Shown piece by piece: positions 37,848 through 47,977 of a stretch of 64,000 bases of DNA. Source of the DNA: Asaia bogorensis (GTDB lineage Bacteria > Pseudomonadota > Alphaproteobacteria > Acetobacterales > Acetobacteraceae); NCBI GenBank assembly GCA_945897825.1, contig CAMDGX010000011.1, positions 5,715 through 69,714 on the forward strand. Reading direction: 5' to 3'. How positions within the stretch are numbered: the first letter of the stretch is position 1; every line of letters begins with the position of its first letter. The notes under the pieces were generated by a model that saw only the letters and a list, made by a program, of their open reading frames with translations, did no database searches and was not told the origin of the DNA. Both the position numbers and the translations under genes were made by a program.

Positions 37848-38264
37848 TCAGTCGATCGGTGGCCGGCGCGCGGCCTTGATGCCGGAGCGCCGCGTCTTGG
37901 CCTCCAGGCGCCGCTCCTTGGAGCCGAGCGTGGGGCGGGTCGGGCGGCGCTTGATGGGGGCGATGGTGGCGCGGCGGATCAGGTCGAACAGGATCTCGCG
38001 CGCCGCCGCGCGGTTGCGATCCTGGCTGCGATGCTCCTGGGCGGTGATGATGATCACGCCCTCCAGCGTCAGGCGATGGCCGGCGAGCTTGAACAGCCGC
38101 GCGCGCACGTCGTCAGGAATGCCCGGCGAGTTGCGCGCGTCGAAGCGCAGCTGCACCGCGGTGCTGACCTTGTTGACGTTCTGGCCGCCGGGGCCCGAAG
38201 CCCGGATGAAGCTTTCCTCCAGCTCGCGCTCATCGAGCTGGATACGGTGGGTGACGGGGATCAT
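37848..38264 (-). CDS. arfB: alternative ribosome-rescue factor ArfB (peptidyl-tRNA hydrolase)
   Basis: GGQ motif (ASGPGGQNVNKVSTAV) and a basic C-terminal tail, 138 aa. Confidence 0.9.
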   Translation of the reverse strand: MIPVTHRIQLDERELEESFIRASGPGGQNVNKVSTAVQLRFDARNSPGIPDDVRARLFKLAGHRLTLEGVIIITAQEHRSQDRNRAAAREILFDLIRRATIAPIKRRPTRPTLGSKERRLEAKTRRSGIKAARRPPID

Positions 38265-38310
38265 GTCGCTCTCCTGCCGCGCCTTCTAGCACGGCAGGAG
38301 AGGACGAGGG

Positions 38311-39099
38311 CTACTCCCCGCCGCCGGTGGCAGGCTGCCCCGTGGTCACGCCGCCGTCGATCACGAAGGTCTGCCCCGTGGTGAAGCTGCCACCCGGCGA
38401 GGCAAGGAACACCGCGGCGCCGGCGATCTCGTCCGGCTCGCCGATACGCTGCAGCGGCGTGGTCTTGCTGCGCGCCTTCTCCTTCACCGGATCCTCCCAC
38501 AGCGCCTTGGCGAAGTCGGTGCGGATCAGGCCCGGGGCGATGGCGTTCACGCGGATGTTGTCCGGCCCGTACTCGCAGCACAAATTGCGCACCAGCTGCA
38601 TGTCGGCGGCCTTGGAGATCGCATACACGCCCAGGTGCGTGGAGCCGCGCAGCCCGCCGATCGACGAGACGATGATCATCGACCCGCCGCCGCGCTGCTT
38701 CATGCTGGGGGCGGCCATGTGGCACAGCCAGTGGTTGGAGCGGACGTTGTAGTTCATCACCCGGTCCCACGCCTCGTCCGGCAGGGTCGAGGACAGGCCG
38801 TAGAACGGGTTCACCGCCGCGTTGCACACCATGATGTCGATGCCGCCATAGGTGGCGATGGCGAAATCGACCAGCGCCTGCAGCTCCTCCTTGCGGCCGA
38901 TGTTGCACACCTTGGTGACGGCCTCGCCGCCCTTGGCCTTGATCTCGTTGGTCACCAGGTCGCAGGCATCCTGCTTGCGCGAGGAAACCACCACCTTCGC
39001 GCCATGCTCGGCCATGCGCAGGGCGATCGCCTTGCCGATCCCCTTGCTGGACCCGGTGACGACGGCAACCTTGCCTTTGAGATCGAACAGCGACGACAT
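38311..39099 (-). CDS. SDR family oxidoreductase
   Basis: TGSSKGIGKA, NAAV and YAISKAA motifs. The C-terminal 262 aa of ORF 38311..40434. Confidence 0.85.
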   Translation of the reverse strand: MSSLFDLKGKVAVVTGSSKGIGKAIALRMAEHGAKVVVSSRKQDACDLVTNEIKAKGGEAVTKVCNIGRKEELQALVDFAIATYGGIDIMVCNAAVNPFYGLSSTLPDEAWDRVMNYNVRSNHWLCHMAAPSMKQRGGGSMIIVSSIGGLRGSTHLGVYAISKAADMQLVRNLCCEYGPDNIRVNAIAPGLIRTDFAKALWEDPVKEKARSKTTPLQRIGEPDEIAGAAVFLASPGGSFTTGQTFVIDGGVTTGQPATGGGE

Positions 39100-39164
39100 G
39101 GGCGTTCCTCCGCGAAATTCGTTTGCGCCAGCAAAGCGCAAACCCTCCCGCCGCGCCAGCCCCG

Positions 39165-40391
39165 CTAGAGCAACGCCAGCGCGACGATGATCGTCAGCAC
39201 CGTCAGCGGCGCGCCGACGGCGAAATAGGTCCAGAACCCGATCTCCACCCCGCGTGCCCGTGCCCGCTGCACCACGATCAGGTTGGCCACCGAGCCGACC
39301 AAGGTGAAATTCCCCGCCAGCGTCGCCGTCGCCGCCACCACGGTCCACGCCCGCGCGGGGTCCGGCAGGGTGGCGACGAACGGCTTCAGCACCAGCACCG
39401 CCGGCACGTTGCTGACGATGTTCGACAGCACCGCCGTCGCCACCCCCAGCACCGCCATGTGCTCCAGCCCGAGTGCGGCGATGCGCGCCACCGCCGCCGC
39501 GTCCAGCACCGCGCGCTCCAGCCCGGCCACCACCACGAACAGCCCGGCGAACATCAGCAGCAGGGTCCAGTCGATCTCGGCATAGATGCGCGCGGGCTTC
39601 ACCCGCCGCGTGGCCAGCAGCACCGCGCCGGCCACCAGCGCCGCCTCGGCCGGCTTCACGCCGGCGAAGAACGCCGCCACCATCAGCACCGCCACCGCCA
39701 CGGTCTTGCGCAGCAGCTTGCGGTCGGTCCGCCACGAAGGCGGGTCGGCAGCCAGCCGGCCGGCGCCGAAGAACTCCCGCCGCCACATCGCCGCCAGCAA
39801 CACGAAGGCCAGCACCAGCCCGATCGCCGCCACCGGCGCCATCGCGCGCGCGAAGTCGCCATAGGGAATGCCCGACAGGCTGCCGACGATCATGTTCTGC
39901 GGATTGCCGGTCAGCGTCGCCGCCCCGCCGATATTCGCCGCCAGCGGGATCGCCAGCACATACGGCACCGGGTTGCGCCGCAGATGCAGCACGATATCCA
40001 GCACCAGCGGCGTCAGCACGATGCAGATCGTGTCGTTCACCAGGAACGCCGACAGCACGCCGGACAGCAGCACCACCACCGCCAGCAACAGCAAGGGATG
40101 CCGCGCCCGCGCCACCGCCCACGCCGTCACCAGCGCGAAGAACCCCGCCAGGCGCAAATTCGCCACCACCAGCATCACGCCGAGCAGCAGCGCGATCGTG
40201 TCGAAGTCGATCGCGCGATAGGCCTCGTCCAGCGTCATCGCGCCGACCGCCACCATCAGCGCCGCGCCCAGCAACGCCGCCCCGGCCCGGTCGATGCGCA
40301 ACCCCGGCAACCGCCCGAACGCCACCACGGCATAGGTCGCAGCAAAGATCAGCACGGCAAGGACCGGAACGGCGTGGGACATTGCCGCCAT
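39165..40391 (-). CDS. ArsB/NhaD-superfamily anion permease (citrate-transporter-like)
   Basis: ~408 aa, highly hydrophobic, with 10 or more TM segments and GNPQNM motifs. Confidence 0.75.
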   Translation of the reverse strand: MAAMSHAVPVLAVLIFAATYAVVAFGRLPGLRIDRAGAALLGAALMVAVGAMTLDEAYRAIDFDTIALLLGVMLVVANLRLAGFFALVTAWAVARARHPLLLLAVVVLLSGVLSAFLVNDTICIVLTPLVLDIVLHLRRNPVPYVLAIPLAANIGGAATLTGNPQNMIVGSLSGIPYGDFARAMAPVAAIGLVLAFVLLAAMWRREFFGAGRLAADPPSWRTDRKLLRKTVAVAVLMVAAFFAGVKPAEAALVAGAVLLATRRVKPARIYAEIDWTLLLMFAGLFVVVAGLERAVLDAAAVARIAALGLEHMAVLGVATAVLSNIVSNVPAVLVLKPFVATLPDPARAWTVVAATATLAGNFTLVGSVANLIVVQRARARGVEIGFWTYFAVGAPLTVLTIIVALALL

Positions 40392-40415
40392 CAGGCCCGT
40401 CGTGATACCGCGCGT

Positions 40416-42587
40416 CTAGCCCGCCGGCTTCCACCGCTTCAGCGACAGCGCATTGAGCACCACGCTCACGCTCGAAAGCGCCATCGCCGCCCCGGCCACC
40501 ATCGGGTCCAGGTATCCTGCGGCGGCCACCGGGATACCCAGCACGTTGTAGGCGAAGGCCCAGAACAGCCCCTGGCGCAGCTTCGCCCAGGTGCGGCGCG
40601 ACAGGTCGATGGCATCGGCCACCAGCAGCGGATCGCCGCGCATCAGCGTCACCCCGGCGGTGTGCATCGCAACATCGGTGCCGGTGCCCATGGCGAAGCC
40701 GACATCGGCCGCCGCCAGCGCCGGCGCGTCGTTCACCCCGTCGCCGACCATCGCCACCACCTGCTTGCCGCCATCGCGCAGTTCGGCCACCCGCGCCGCC
40801 TTGTCGGCCGGCAGCACCTCGGCCTGCACCTCGTCGATCCCCAGCGCGGCGGCGGCGGTCTGCGCGGCGGCGCGGTTGTCGCCGCTGACCAGCACGGTGC
40901 GCACGCCCATCGCCTTTAACTTCGCAACCGCCTCCCGCGATTGCGGCTTCAGCGCATCACCGAAGCCGAGCAGCGCCAGCGCCTGCCCGTCGGCCGTCGC
41001 CAGCCACGAAACGCTGCGCCCGGCCGCCGCCAGCGCGACCTCCTCCCCGGCCAGCTCGCCCGGCAGCGCCCCGGTCTCGTCCAGCAGGCGCCGGCTCCCG
41101 AGCACCAGCCGCCGCCCCTCCACCACGCCCTCCACGCCACGGCCGGGCAGGGCGCGCAGCCCCTCGGCCGGCGGCACCACCACGCCCTGCGCCGCCTCCA
41201 GCACCGCCCGGGCCAGCGGATGCTCGCTGCCGGCCTGCAATGCGGCGGCCAGCCGCAGCGCCTCCTCCTCCGTTACCCCCGGCGCCGGATGCAGCGCCAC
41301 CAGCCGCGGATGCCCTTCCGTCAGCGTGCCGGTCTTGTCGAACGCCACCACCGTCACCGCATGCGCCCGCTCCAGCGCCGTCGCGTCGCGGATCAGGATG
41401 CCCCGCCGCGCCGCGACCCCAGTGCCGACCATGATCGCCGTCGGCGTCGCCAACCCCATCGCGCACGGGCAGGCGATCACCAGCACGGCCACCGCATGAA
41501 TGATCGCCGTCGCCGCCCCCGCCCCCCACATCCACCAGAACAGGAAGGTCGCGACCGCAATCGCCACCACCACCGGCACGAACACCTCGCTCACCCGGTC
41601 GGCCAGGCGCTGGATCGGCGGCTTGGTCGCCTGCGCGTCCTCCACCAGCCGCACCATGCGCGCCAGCACCGTCTCCGCCCCCACACCGGTGGCCCGCACC
41701 AGCAGCCGCGCCTCGCCGTTGATCGCGCCCCCGGTCACCTTGTCCCCCGGCGCGCGCGCCACCGGCAGGCTCTCCCCGGTCAGCAGGCTTTCATCCACGC
41801 TGCCGATGCCGTCCTCCACCACCCCGTCGGCGGCAATGCGCTCCCCCGGCCGCACCACGACCAGGTCGCCCACCCGCAGCGCCTCCGTCGCCACCTCGAC
41901 CTCCACGCCGTCGCGCAGCACATGCGCCCGCTCCGGCCGCAACGCCGCCAGCGCCTCGATCGCCGCCGTGGTGCGCTGCCGGGCGCGGTGCTCCAGCAGC
42001 CGCCCGAGCATCACCAGCGTGATCACCACCGAAGATGCCTCGAAATACAGGTCCATGGTGGATCCCGGCCACGCCGCGATCATCTCCCCGGTCGACAGCG
42101 CGAAGGCGGCACTGGTGCCGATCGCCACCAGCAGGTCCATGCTGCCGCTGCCGCCGCGCACGCTCTTCCACGCCGCCTTGTAGAACCGCCAGCCGAAGCC
42201 GAACTGCACCGGCAGCGCCAGCAGGAACTGCGCCCATGCCGGCAGCATCAGCGCATGGCCGAGCCCGAACGGCTCGAACAGCATCGGCACCACCAGCGGC
42301 AGCGTCAGCGCGGCCGCCACCAGCACCGGCCATGCCTGCTCCGGCTTGGCCCGCTTGGCCTCGGCCACCGGCACGGCGGCATACCCCGCCCGCTCCACCG
42401 CCTCGGTCAGCGCCGCAAGCGCCACGTCGCCATCCGCCGTCACTCGCGCGCGATTGGTGGCCAGGTTCACCTCGGCCGCCGCCACCCCCGGCACCCGCTT
42501 CAGCACCTTCTCCACCCGCGAGACGCAGGCGGCGCACGTCATGCCCTCGATGCCGAGATCGATCTGGGTGGCCATCGCGTTCTCCAT
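40416..42587 (-). CDS. copA: copper-translocating P-type ATPase
   Basis: N-terminal GMTCAACVSRVE metal-binding domain, CPC in TM6 (VIACPCAMGL), DKTGTLT, GDGVNDAPAL. Start at 42587 or 42575. Confidence 0.9.
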   Translation of the reverse strand: MENAMATQIDLGIEGMTCAACVSRVEKVLKRVPGVAAAEVNLATNRARVTADGDVALAALTEAVERAGYAAVPVAEAKRAKPEQAWPVLVAAALTLPLVVPMLFEPFGLGHALMLPAWAQFLLALPVQFGFGWRFYKAAWKSVRGGSGSMDLLVAIGTSAAFALSTGEMIAAWPGSTMDLYFEASSVVITLVMLGRLLEHRARQRTTAAIEALAALRPERAHVLRDGVEVEVATEALRVGDLVVVRPGERIAADGVVEDGIGSVDESLLTGESLPVARAPGDKVTGGAINGEARLLVRATGVGAETVLARMVRLVEDAQATKPPIQRLADRVSEVFVPVVVAIAVATFLFWWMWGAGAATAIIHAVAVLVIACPCAMGLATPTAIMVGTGVAARRGILIRDATALERAHAVTVVAFDKTGTLTEGHPRLVALHPAPGVTEEEALRLAAALQAGSEHPLARAVLEAAQGVVVPPAEGLRALPGRGVEGVVEGRRLVLGSRRLLDETGALPGELAGEEVALAAAGRSVSWLATADGQALALLGFGDALKPQSREAVAKLKAMGVRTVLVSGDNRAAAQTAAAALGIDEVQAEVLPADKAARVAELRDGGKQVVAMVGDGVNDAPALAAADVGFAMGTGTDVAMHTAGVTLMRGDPLLVADAIDLSRRTWAKLRQGLFWAFAYNVLGIPVAAAGYLDPMVAGAAMALSSVSVVLNALSLKRWKPAG

Positions 42588-42700
42588 GCCGGCGAGCCCG
42601 GACAAGACTGCAACCTGGGGATGGCCCCCATGCGGGGTCAACGGTGCCAGGATGCCACGGTCGCGCTACTCTGCGTTGATACACCGCAAGGGAGGCCGAA

Positions 42701-42898
42701 ATGACCCGATTCACCGTGCCGGACATGACCTGCAACGGCTGCGTGAAGGCCATCACCACGGCGATCCAGCGCATCGACCCGGCCGCCACCGTGCAGGCCG
42801 ACCTCCCCAGCCACAAGCTGGAGATCCAGTCCACGAAGCCGCCCGCCGACCTCGCCGCCGCCATCGACGGCGCCGGCTTCACCGCCGAGGCCGCCTGA
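42701..42898 (+). CDS. copZ: heavy-metal-associated domain protein (CopZ-like chaperone)
   Basis: 65 aa with MTCNGCV. GGGAGG RBS upstream. Divergent from copA. Confidence 0.8.
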   Translation: MTRFTVPDMTCNGCVKAITTAIQRIDPAATVQADLPSHKLEIQSTKPPADLAAAIDGAGFTAEAA

Positions 42899-44091
42899 TG
42901 CCCCACCCGGAGGGCGGCCCGCTCGCCGGCATTCGCGTCATCGACCTCACCCAAGTCGTGCTGGGCCCGATGGGCACCCAGATCCTGGGCGACGCGGGCG
43001 CCGACGTGATCAAGATCGAGCCGCCCGCCGGCGACATGACCCGCTTCGTCGGCCCCCGCCGCTCCGACGACATGGCGGCCTACTTCACCAACCTCAACCG
43101 CAACAAGCGCAGCGTCGTCCTCGACCTCAAGCAGCAAGCCGCCCGCAGCGCGCTGATGCGGCTGGTGGAAGGCGCCGATGTGTTCGTCCACAACATGCGC
43201 CTGTCCGCCGCCGCCCGCCTCGGCCTCGACTACGACAGCCTGGCCCGGGTCAACCCGCGCATCATCCACGCCTGCGCCACCGGCTTCCGCCCCGGCAGCA
43301 GCAAGGAGGAAGACCCCGCCTACGACGACATCATCCAGGGCATGGGCGGCCTCGCCCACCTGAACGGAATCGGCGCCCAGGCTGACGGCCCGCGCTACGT
43401 CCCCAGCGTCATGGCCGACAAGCTGACCGGCCACGTGCTCGCCTCCTCCATCGCCATGGCGCTGTTCTCGCGCGAGCGCACGGAGCGGGGCCAGGCCGTC
43501 CACGTCCCGATGATGGACACGCTGGTCAGCTTCCTGCTGCCCGAGCACATGTGGGGCCACACCATCAACGCCCCTGAGCTCGGCATCGGCTACCCGCGCA
43601 TGCTCACGCCGGACCGCCGCCCCTTCGCCACCAAGGACGGCCATCTCTGCGTCATGGTCGCCACCCACGCGCAATGGGGCCGGCTCTACGCCCTGTTCGG
43701 CAAGCCCGAACTGGCCAATGACCCGCGCTTCGCCACCGGCACCGCCCGCGCCGCCAACATCGAGGCGGCCTACGCCATCGTCACCGAAGGCATGAAGCAG
43801 CGCACCAACGCGGAATGGCTGGTGCTGATGAAGGAAGCCGACCTGCCGCACGGCCCGGCCAACTCGCTGGAAGACCTCACGAAGGACGCCTACCTCAACG
43901 AGATCGACTTCTTCCGCAAGATGGACCACCCGACGGAAGGCCCGATGACCATGCTCGGCATCCCCGTCACCTACTACGGCACCCCCGCCACCATCCGCCG
44001 CCTCGCCCCCCGCCTCGGCGAGCACACGCGCCAGGTGCTGGCCGAAGCCGGCCTGAGCGAGGCCGAGATCAGCGCGGCCACCGCCGCATGA
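42898..44091 (+). CDS. CaiB/BaiF family III CoA-transferase
   Basis: GIRVIDLTQVVLGPMGTQILGDAGADVIKIE N-terminal signature. ATG overlaps the copZ stop. Confidence 0.85.
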   Translation: MPHPEGGPLAGIRVIDLTQVVLGPMGTQILGDAGADVIKIEPPAGDMTRFVGPRRSDDMAAYFTNLNRNKRSVVLDLKQQAARSALMRLVEGADVFVHNMRLSAAARLGLDYDSLARVNPRIIHACATGFRPGSSKEEDPAYDDIIQGMGGLAHLNGIGAQADGPRYVPSVMADKLTGHVLASSIAMALFSRERTERGQAVHVPMMDTLVSFLLPEHMWGHTINAPELGIGYPRMLTPDRRPFATKDGHLCVMVATHAQWGRLYALFGKPELANDPRFATGTARAANIEAAYAIVTEGMKQRTNAEWLVLMKEADLPHGPANSLEDLTKDAYLNEIDFFRKMDHPTEGPMTMLGIPVTYYGTPATIRRLAPRLGEHTRQVLAEAGLSEAEISAATAA

Positions 44092-44861
44092 AGCGCCGTC
44101 TTCTCCTGGCGGCCCCGCTGCTGGCACTGCCCGTCCAGGCCCTGGCGCAGCGCGCCCCGCTCGCCGCCACCCCCCTCTCGCGCGCCGACGCCAAATGGTG
44201 GGCCGACCGCCACGCCGCCAAGCTGCGCGAACTGCGGGCGGGACGCGTCGACCTGCTGTGGATCGGCGACTCCATCACCCAGGACTGGGAACGCGCCGGC
44301 CCGCCGGACTGGGCCGATTTCCGCCCGATCTGGAACCGCTTCTACGGCGGCCGCCACGCCGTGAACCTCGGCTTCGGCGGCGACGCCACCGCCCACCTGC
44401 TCTGGCGCCTGCGCAACGGCCAGCTCGACACCCCGGCCCCGAAAGCCGCCATCCTGCTGATCGGCGCCAACAATTTCGGCCGCCTGCGCTGGACCGTCGA
44501 GGATTCGCTGAAAGGCCACGACGCCTGCGTCGCCGAAATCCGCCGCCGCCACCCCGCCATCAAGCTGCTGGTCCTCTCCGTCCTGCCCAGCGACCGCGGC
44601 GACTGGACCACCCAGGCCACGCGCGGCATGAACCAGGGCCTCGCCCAGCGCTACGGCGGCGGCAAGGTCCCGGGCATCGCCCATGTCGACCCCACGCCCC
44701 TGTTCGAGAAGAACGGCACCATCGACCGCACCCAATACTACGACCCCTTCCTCCGCCCGCCGGCGGCCTCGATCCACCCCACCGCCCAGGCCCATGCCCG
44801 CCTGGCGGCGTTGATCGAACCGCAGGTCGCCGCCATGCTGGGCGACAAGCCGCGCACCTGA
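44088..44861 (+). CDS. SGNH/GDSL hydrolase family protein (secreted)
   Basis: Signal peptide MKRRLLLAAPLLALPVQALA. Block I LLWIGDSITQDW. ATGA overlap with the previous gene. Confidence 0.7.
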   Translation: MKRRLLLAAPLLALPVQALAQRAPLAATPLSRADAKWWADRHAAKLRELRAGRVDLLWIGDSITQDWERAGPPDWADFRPIWNRFYGGRHAVNLGFGGDATAHLLWRLRNGQLDTPAPKAAILLIGANNFGRLRWTVEDSLKGHDACVAEIRRRHPAIKLLVLSVLPSDRGDWTTQATRGMNQGLAQRYGGGKVPGIAHVDPTPLFEKNGTIDRTQYYDPFLRPPAASIHPTAQAHARLAALIEPQVAAMLGDKPRT

Positions 44862-44876
44862 ACCGGGGGACCACCC

Positions 44877-46241
44877 ATGCCCACCATCGCCGAAACCCTC
44901 GCCGCCTACGCCGAGCGCGAGCTGACCGCCCCGCTCTCCGCCAGCGTGCGCCACCACGCCCGCCGCGCCCTGATCGACTGGTTCGCAGCCCTCCTCCCCG
45001 GCGCCCAACTCGCCCCCGCGACGCTGCTCGCCGACGCCCTGGACGACGAGATCGGCCACGGACGCGCCATCGTCTACGGCCGCAACCTCCCCGCCACCCT
45101 GCGCGCCGCCGCCCTGATCAACGCCACCGCCAGCCACACCATCGAGTTCGACGACATCTTCCGCGACGCCGTCTATCACCCGGGCTGCCCGGTCATCGGC
45201 GCGGCCCTGGCCGCCGCCCAGGCCAAGGGCGCCACCGGCGAGGACCTCCTGCGCGCCATCGTCGTCGGCTACGAGATCTCCACCCGCATCGGCGTCGCCG
45301 TGCAGCCCTCGCACTACCGGTTCTGGCACACCACCGGCACCATCGGCACGTTCGGGGCAGCAGCCGCCGTCGCCAGCATCCTCAAGCTCGACGCCGCGCG
45401 CACCGCCCACGCGCTCGCCACCGCCGGCACCTTCGCCGCTGCCCTGCAACAGGCCTTCCGCTCCGACGCCATGTCCAAGCCGCTGCACGCCGGCCACGCG
45501 GCCGACGCCGGCGCCATGGCCGCCCTCGGCGCGGCGAAAGGCGTCACCGGCGCGCTCGACGTGCTGGAAGGCGAAGCCGGCTTCGGCGCCGCGATGAGCG
45601 TCAACCCCGACTGGTCGAAAGCCACCGACGGCCTCGGCACCCGCTACAACATCACCCAGATGACCTTCAAGAACCACGGCTGCTGCGGCCACGCCTTCGC
45701 CGCCATCGACGGCGCCCTCGCCCTCCAGCGCGCCCACGGCTTCCGCCACGACCAGGTCGCCAGCATCACCGTCGGCGGCTACCGCGCCACCTTCGACGTC
45801 ACCGGCCGCAAGCAGGTCGCCACCCCGTTCGAGGGCCGCTTCAGCACCCCCTTCACCGTCGCCACCGCCCTCGTGCACGGCAATGTCCGCCTCGCCGCCT
45901 TCGAACCCGCCCGCCTCGCCGACCCCGCCACCCAGGCGCTGATGCAAAAGATCGACGTCGTCATCGACCCCGCCTGCGACGCCGCCTTCCCCGGCGCCCG
46001 CTCAGCCGTCGTGGACATCACCCTCACCGACAACCGCACCCTGCGCCACCACCAGACCACCCGCCACGGCGACCCCGACGACCCGCTGACCGACACGGAG
46101 CTGACCGACAAGTTCCACGAACTCGCCACCCCCACCATCGGCCGCCCGGCCGGCGAGGCCCTGCTCGCCCAACTCTGGGACGTGGACCGGCAGGCCGATG
46201 TCCGCTTCGCCCCGGTCGCCCTCGCGCGGGCGGCGGAGTAG
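44877..46241 (+). CDS. MmgE/PrpD family protein
   Basis: 454 aa with a typical PrpD-fold sequence (ASHTIEFDD ... HPGCPV ... WHTTGT). Confidence 0.85.
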   Translation: MPTIAETLAAYAERELTAPLSASVRHHARRALIDWFAALLPGAQLAPATLLADALDDEIGHGRAIVYGRNLPATLRAAALINATASHTIEFDDIFRDAVYHPGCPVIGAALAAAQAKGATGEDLLRAIVVGYEISTRIGVAVQPSHYRFWHTTGTIGTFGAAAAVASILKLDAARTAHALATAGTFAAALQQAFRSDAMSKPLHAGHAADAGAMAALGAAKGVTGALDVLEGEAGFGAAMSVNPDWSKATDGLGTRYNITQMTFKNHGCCGHAFAAIDGALALQRAHGFRHDQVASITVGGYRATFDVTGRKQVATPFEGRFSTPFTVATALVHGNVRLAAFEPARLADPATQALMQKIDVVIDPACDAAFPGARSAVVDITLTDNRTLRHHQTTRHGDPDDPLTDTELTDKFHELATPTIGRPAGEALLAQLWDVDRQADVRFAPVALARAAE

Positions 46242-46279
46242 GCAAAGGCAAGGCGCGGCGCCGGCCATCGGCCCGATAC

Positions 46280-47443
46280 TCAGCCGAGCCGGTGCTCCAT
46301 GAAGAACCGCACCATCTCCCGCGACGCGTGCGGACCATCCGGGTCGGTATACGAACCGGAGGCACTGCCGCCGGACCACGCATGGCCGCCACCGTGGACA
46401 AGCCAGTGCTCAAGCATCGCGCGGCCGTCCGCATCGGCGTAGACGCTGCGGGTAAAGGCCCGGCCGCCTGGAACCTGACCACGCGTGACCGATGCCCGCA
46501 GTCCTGCACCGTCTCCCGACTGGGCGATGATATGGTCGCCATTGCGCGGGTGCACCGTGCTGTCCTTGTCCGCATGGAACACGATGGTTGGCATGATCCG
46601 GTTCCGGTCCCGCCCCGAGACCGGCGGCACCGCGCCACCGTCGCGCATCGCCGCCAGGGCCGACGGCACGTCCCGGGCCGCACCGCACGGCAGGCCGGAA
46701 TGCACACCCACGGCCGCGTACAAATCCGGATAGGCCGAGCCCATGATCGCCGCCGCTGCGCCGCCGGCCGACAAGCCTGCCACATAGATGCGGCGGGGAT
46801 CGACGGAGTGGCTGGCCATGACCTCGCGCGTGATGCCGGCGATCAGCGCGGGCTCGCCGCGGTCGCGTCGCTGGTCCTTGGGGCTGAACCAGTTCCAGCA
46901 TTTGTGCGCGTTGGCTGACGGGGTCTGGCCGGGATAGGCCACCAGGAAGCCATGCTCCTCGCCCAGCCTGTTCATGCCGGTGCCAGCGGCGAAGTCGTCG
47001 GGCGACTGGGTGCAGCCGTGCAGCATCACGATCAGCGGCAATGGCGCGTCCGCCGCGGCCGATGGAACATAAAGCTTGTACCCGCGGCTGCCCTGCGCGC
47101 CGCTGTAGGTCCGCGCGGCGAACTGCGCGCCGTCCGGCGCCGGCGTGGCGCCAGGTGCGACGGCCGGCCTGCCTCTGGCACCCCCGCGTCCAGTGAGACC
47201 GTAAAGGAACCCGCCGGCACCGCGCAGGGCCGATGGACCGGCAGGTGTCCTTGGTTGCAGAACCTCGCCCGTCGCCGGATCGACATCGATGATCCGAGCC
47301 GCGGCGCTCTCCTGCTCGGGCGTGGCGTGCGCCGCGCCTGCGCCGCGCAGCCTGGCCTGCAGTGCAGCGGTGGCCTCGCCGAGCTTTCCCTCACGGACAA
47401 GGCGGGCTGCGTGCGACATGCCGGCGAACTGATCAAAAACCAT
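46280..47443 (-). CDS. PHB depolymerase family esterase
   Basis: LIVMLHGCTQS, nucleophile elbow VAGLSAGGA, and KCWNWF, typical of esterase/PHB-depolymerase (LpqC-like) proteins. Confidence 0.8.
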   Translation of the reverse strand: MVFDQFAGMSHAARLVREGKLGEATAALQARLRGAGAAHATPEQESAAARIIDVDPATGEVLQPRTPAGPSALRGAGGFLYGLTGRGGARGRPAVAPGATPAPDGAQFAARTYSGAQGSRGYKLYVPSAAADAPLPLIVMLHGCTQSPDDFAAGTGMNRLGEEHGFLVAYPGQTPSANAHKCWNWFSPKDQRRDRGEPALIAGITREVMASHSVDPRRIYVAGLSAGGAAAAIMGSAYPDLYAAVGVHSGLPCGAARDVPSALAAMRDGGAVPPVSGRDRNRIMPTIVFHADKDSTVHPRNGDHIIAQSGDGAGLRASVTRGQVPGGRAFTRSVYADADGRAMLEHWLVHGGGHAWSGGSASGSYTDPDGPHASREMVRFFMEHRLG

Positions 47444-47536
47444 GCTGTGCTTTCAGATGATGGACGCGCCAGGACGGGCCGGAACGGCCCGGCCATTCGG
47501 CAACGCGGTGCTTTGGGAAACGAGGCCCGGTATCGG

Positions 47537-47977
47537 TCAGCGTGTCCGGTCGGCCAGCGCGGCCTTTACCTCGTGGCTCGCCTGGAACGCGCCAAGGACC
47601 GAGATTGAAGCGATGGTTGCCCGCGCCAGTTCCGGCGAAACATCCGCGGCGATGGTGGCAAGCCCCAGAACCCGGATGTCGAGCATCAGGCCGGAAGCGC
47701 GCGCCTGCTCCAGGTCGGCGCGGCCGATGTGGCGCAGGCCGAGGTCCAGGCTTCTCCTGGCCACGGATTGTCGGGTCGCGTCGACATGCCGTTCCAGCTG
47801 GTTACGTATGGCCGTGCGGATGAAGTCGGTGCGGTTGGAATAGAAGCCGTCCTGGACCAGCAGGTCGATATGCCCGAGGTCGACGAAGCCCAGGTTGATG
47901 GTGATCTTCTCGCTGTCGCCACCCGCCTTGGGCCGCAGCGGATGCACCGTATCGACCATCGAGATCTGCCTTACCAT
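47537..47977 (-). CDS. ribbon-helix-helix (CopG-like) domain protein
   Basis: EKITINLGFVDLGHIDLLVQDGFYSNRTDFIRTAIRNQL is an RHH-like segment. Start at 47977 or 47959. Confidence 0.6.
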   Translation of the reverse strand: MVRQISMVDTVHPLRPKAGGDSEKITINLGFVDLGHIDLLVQDGFYSNRTDFIRTAIRNQLERHVDATRQSVARRSLDLGLRHIGRADLEQARASGLMLDIRVLGLATIAADVSPELARATIASISVLGAFQASHEVKAALADRTR

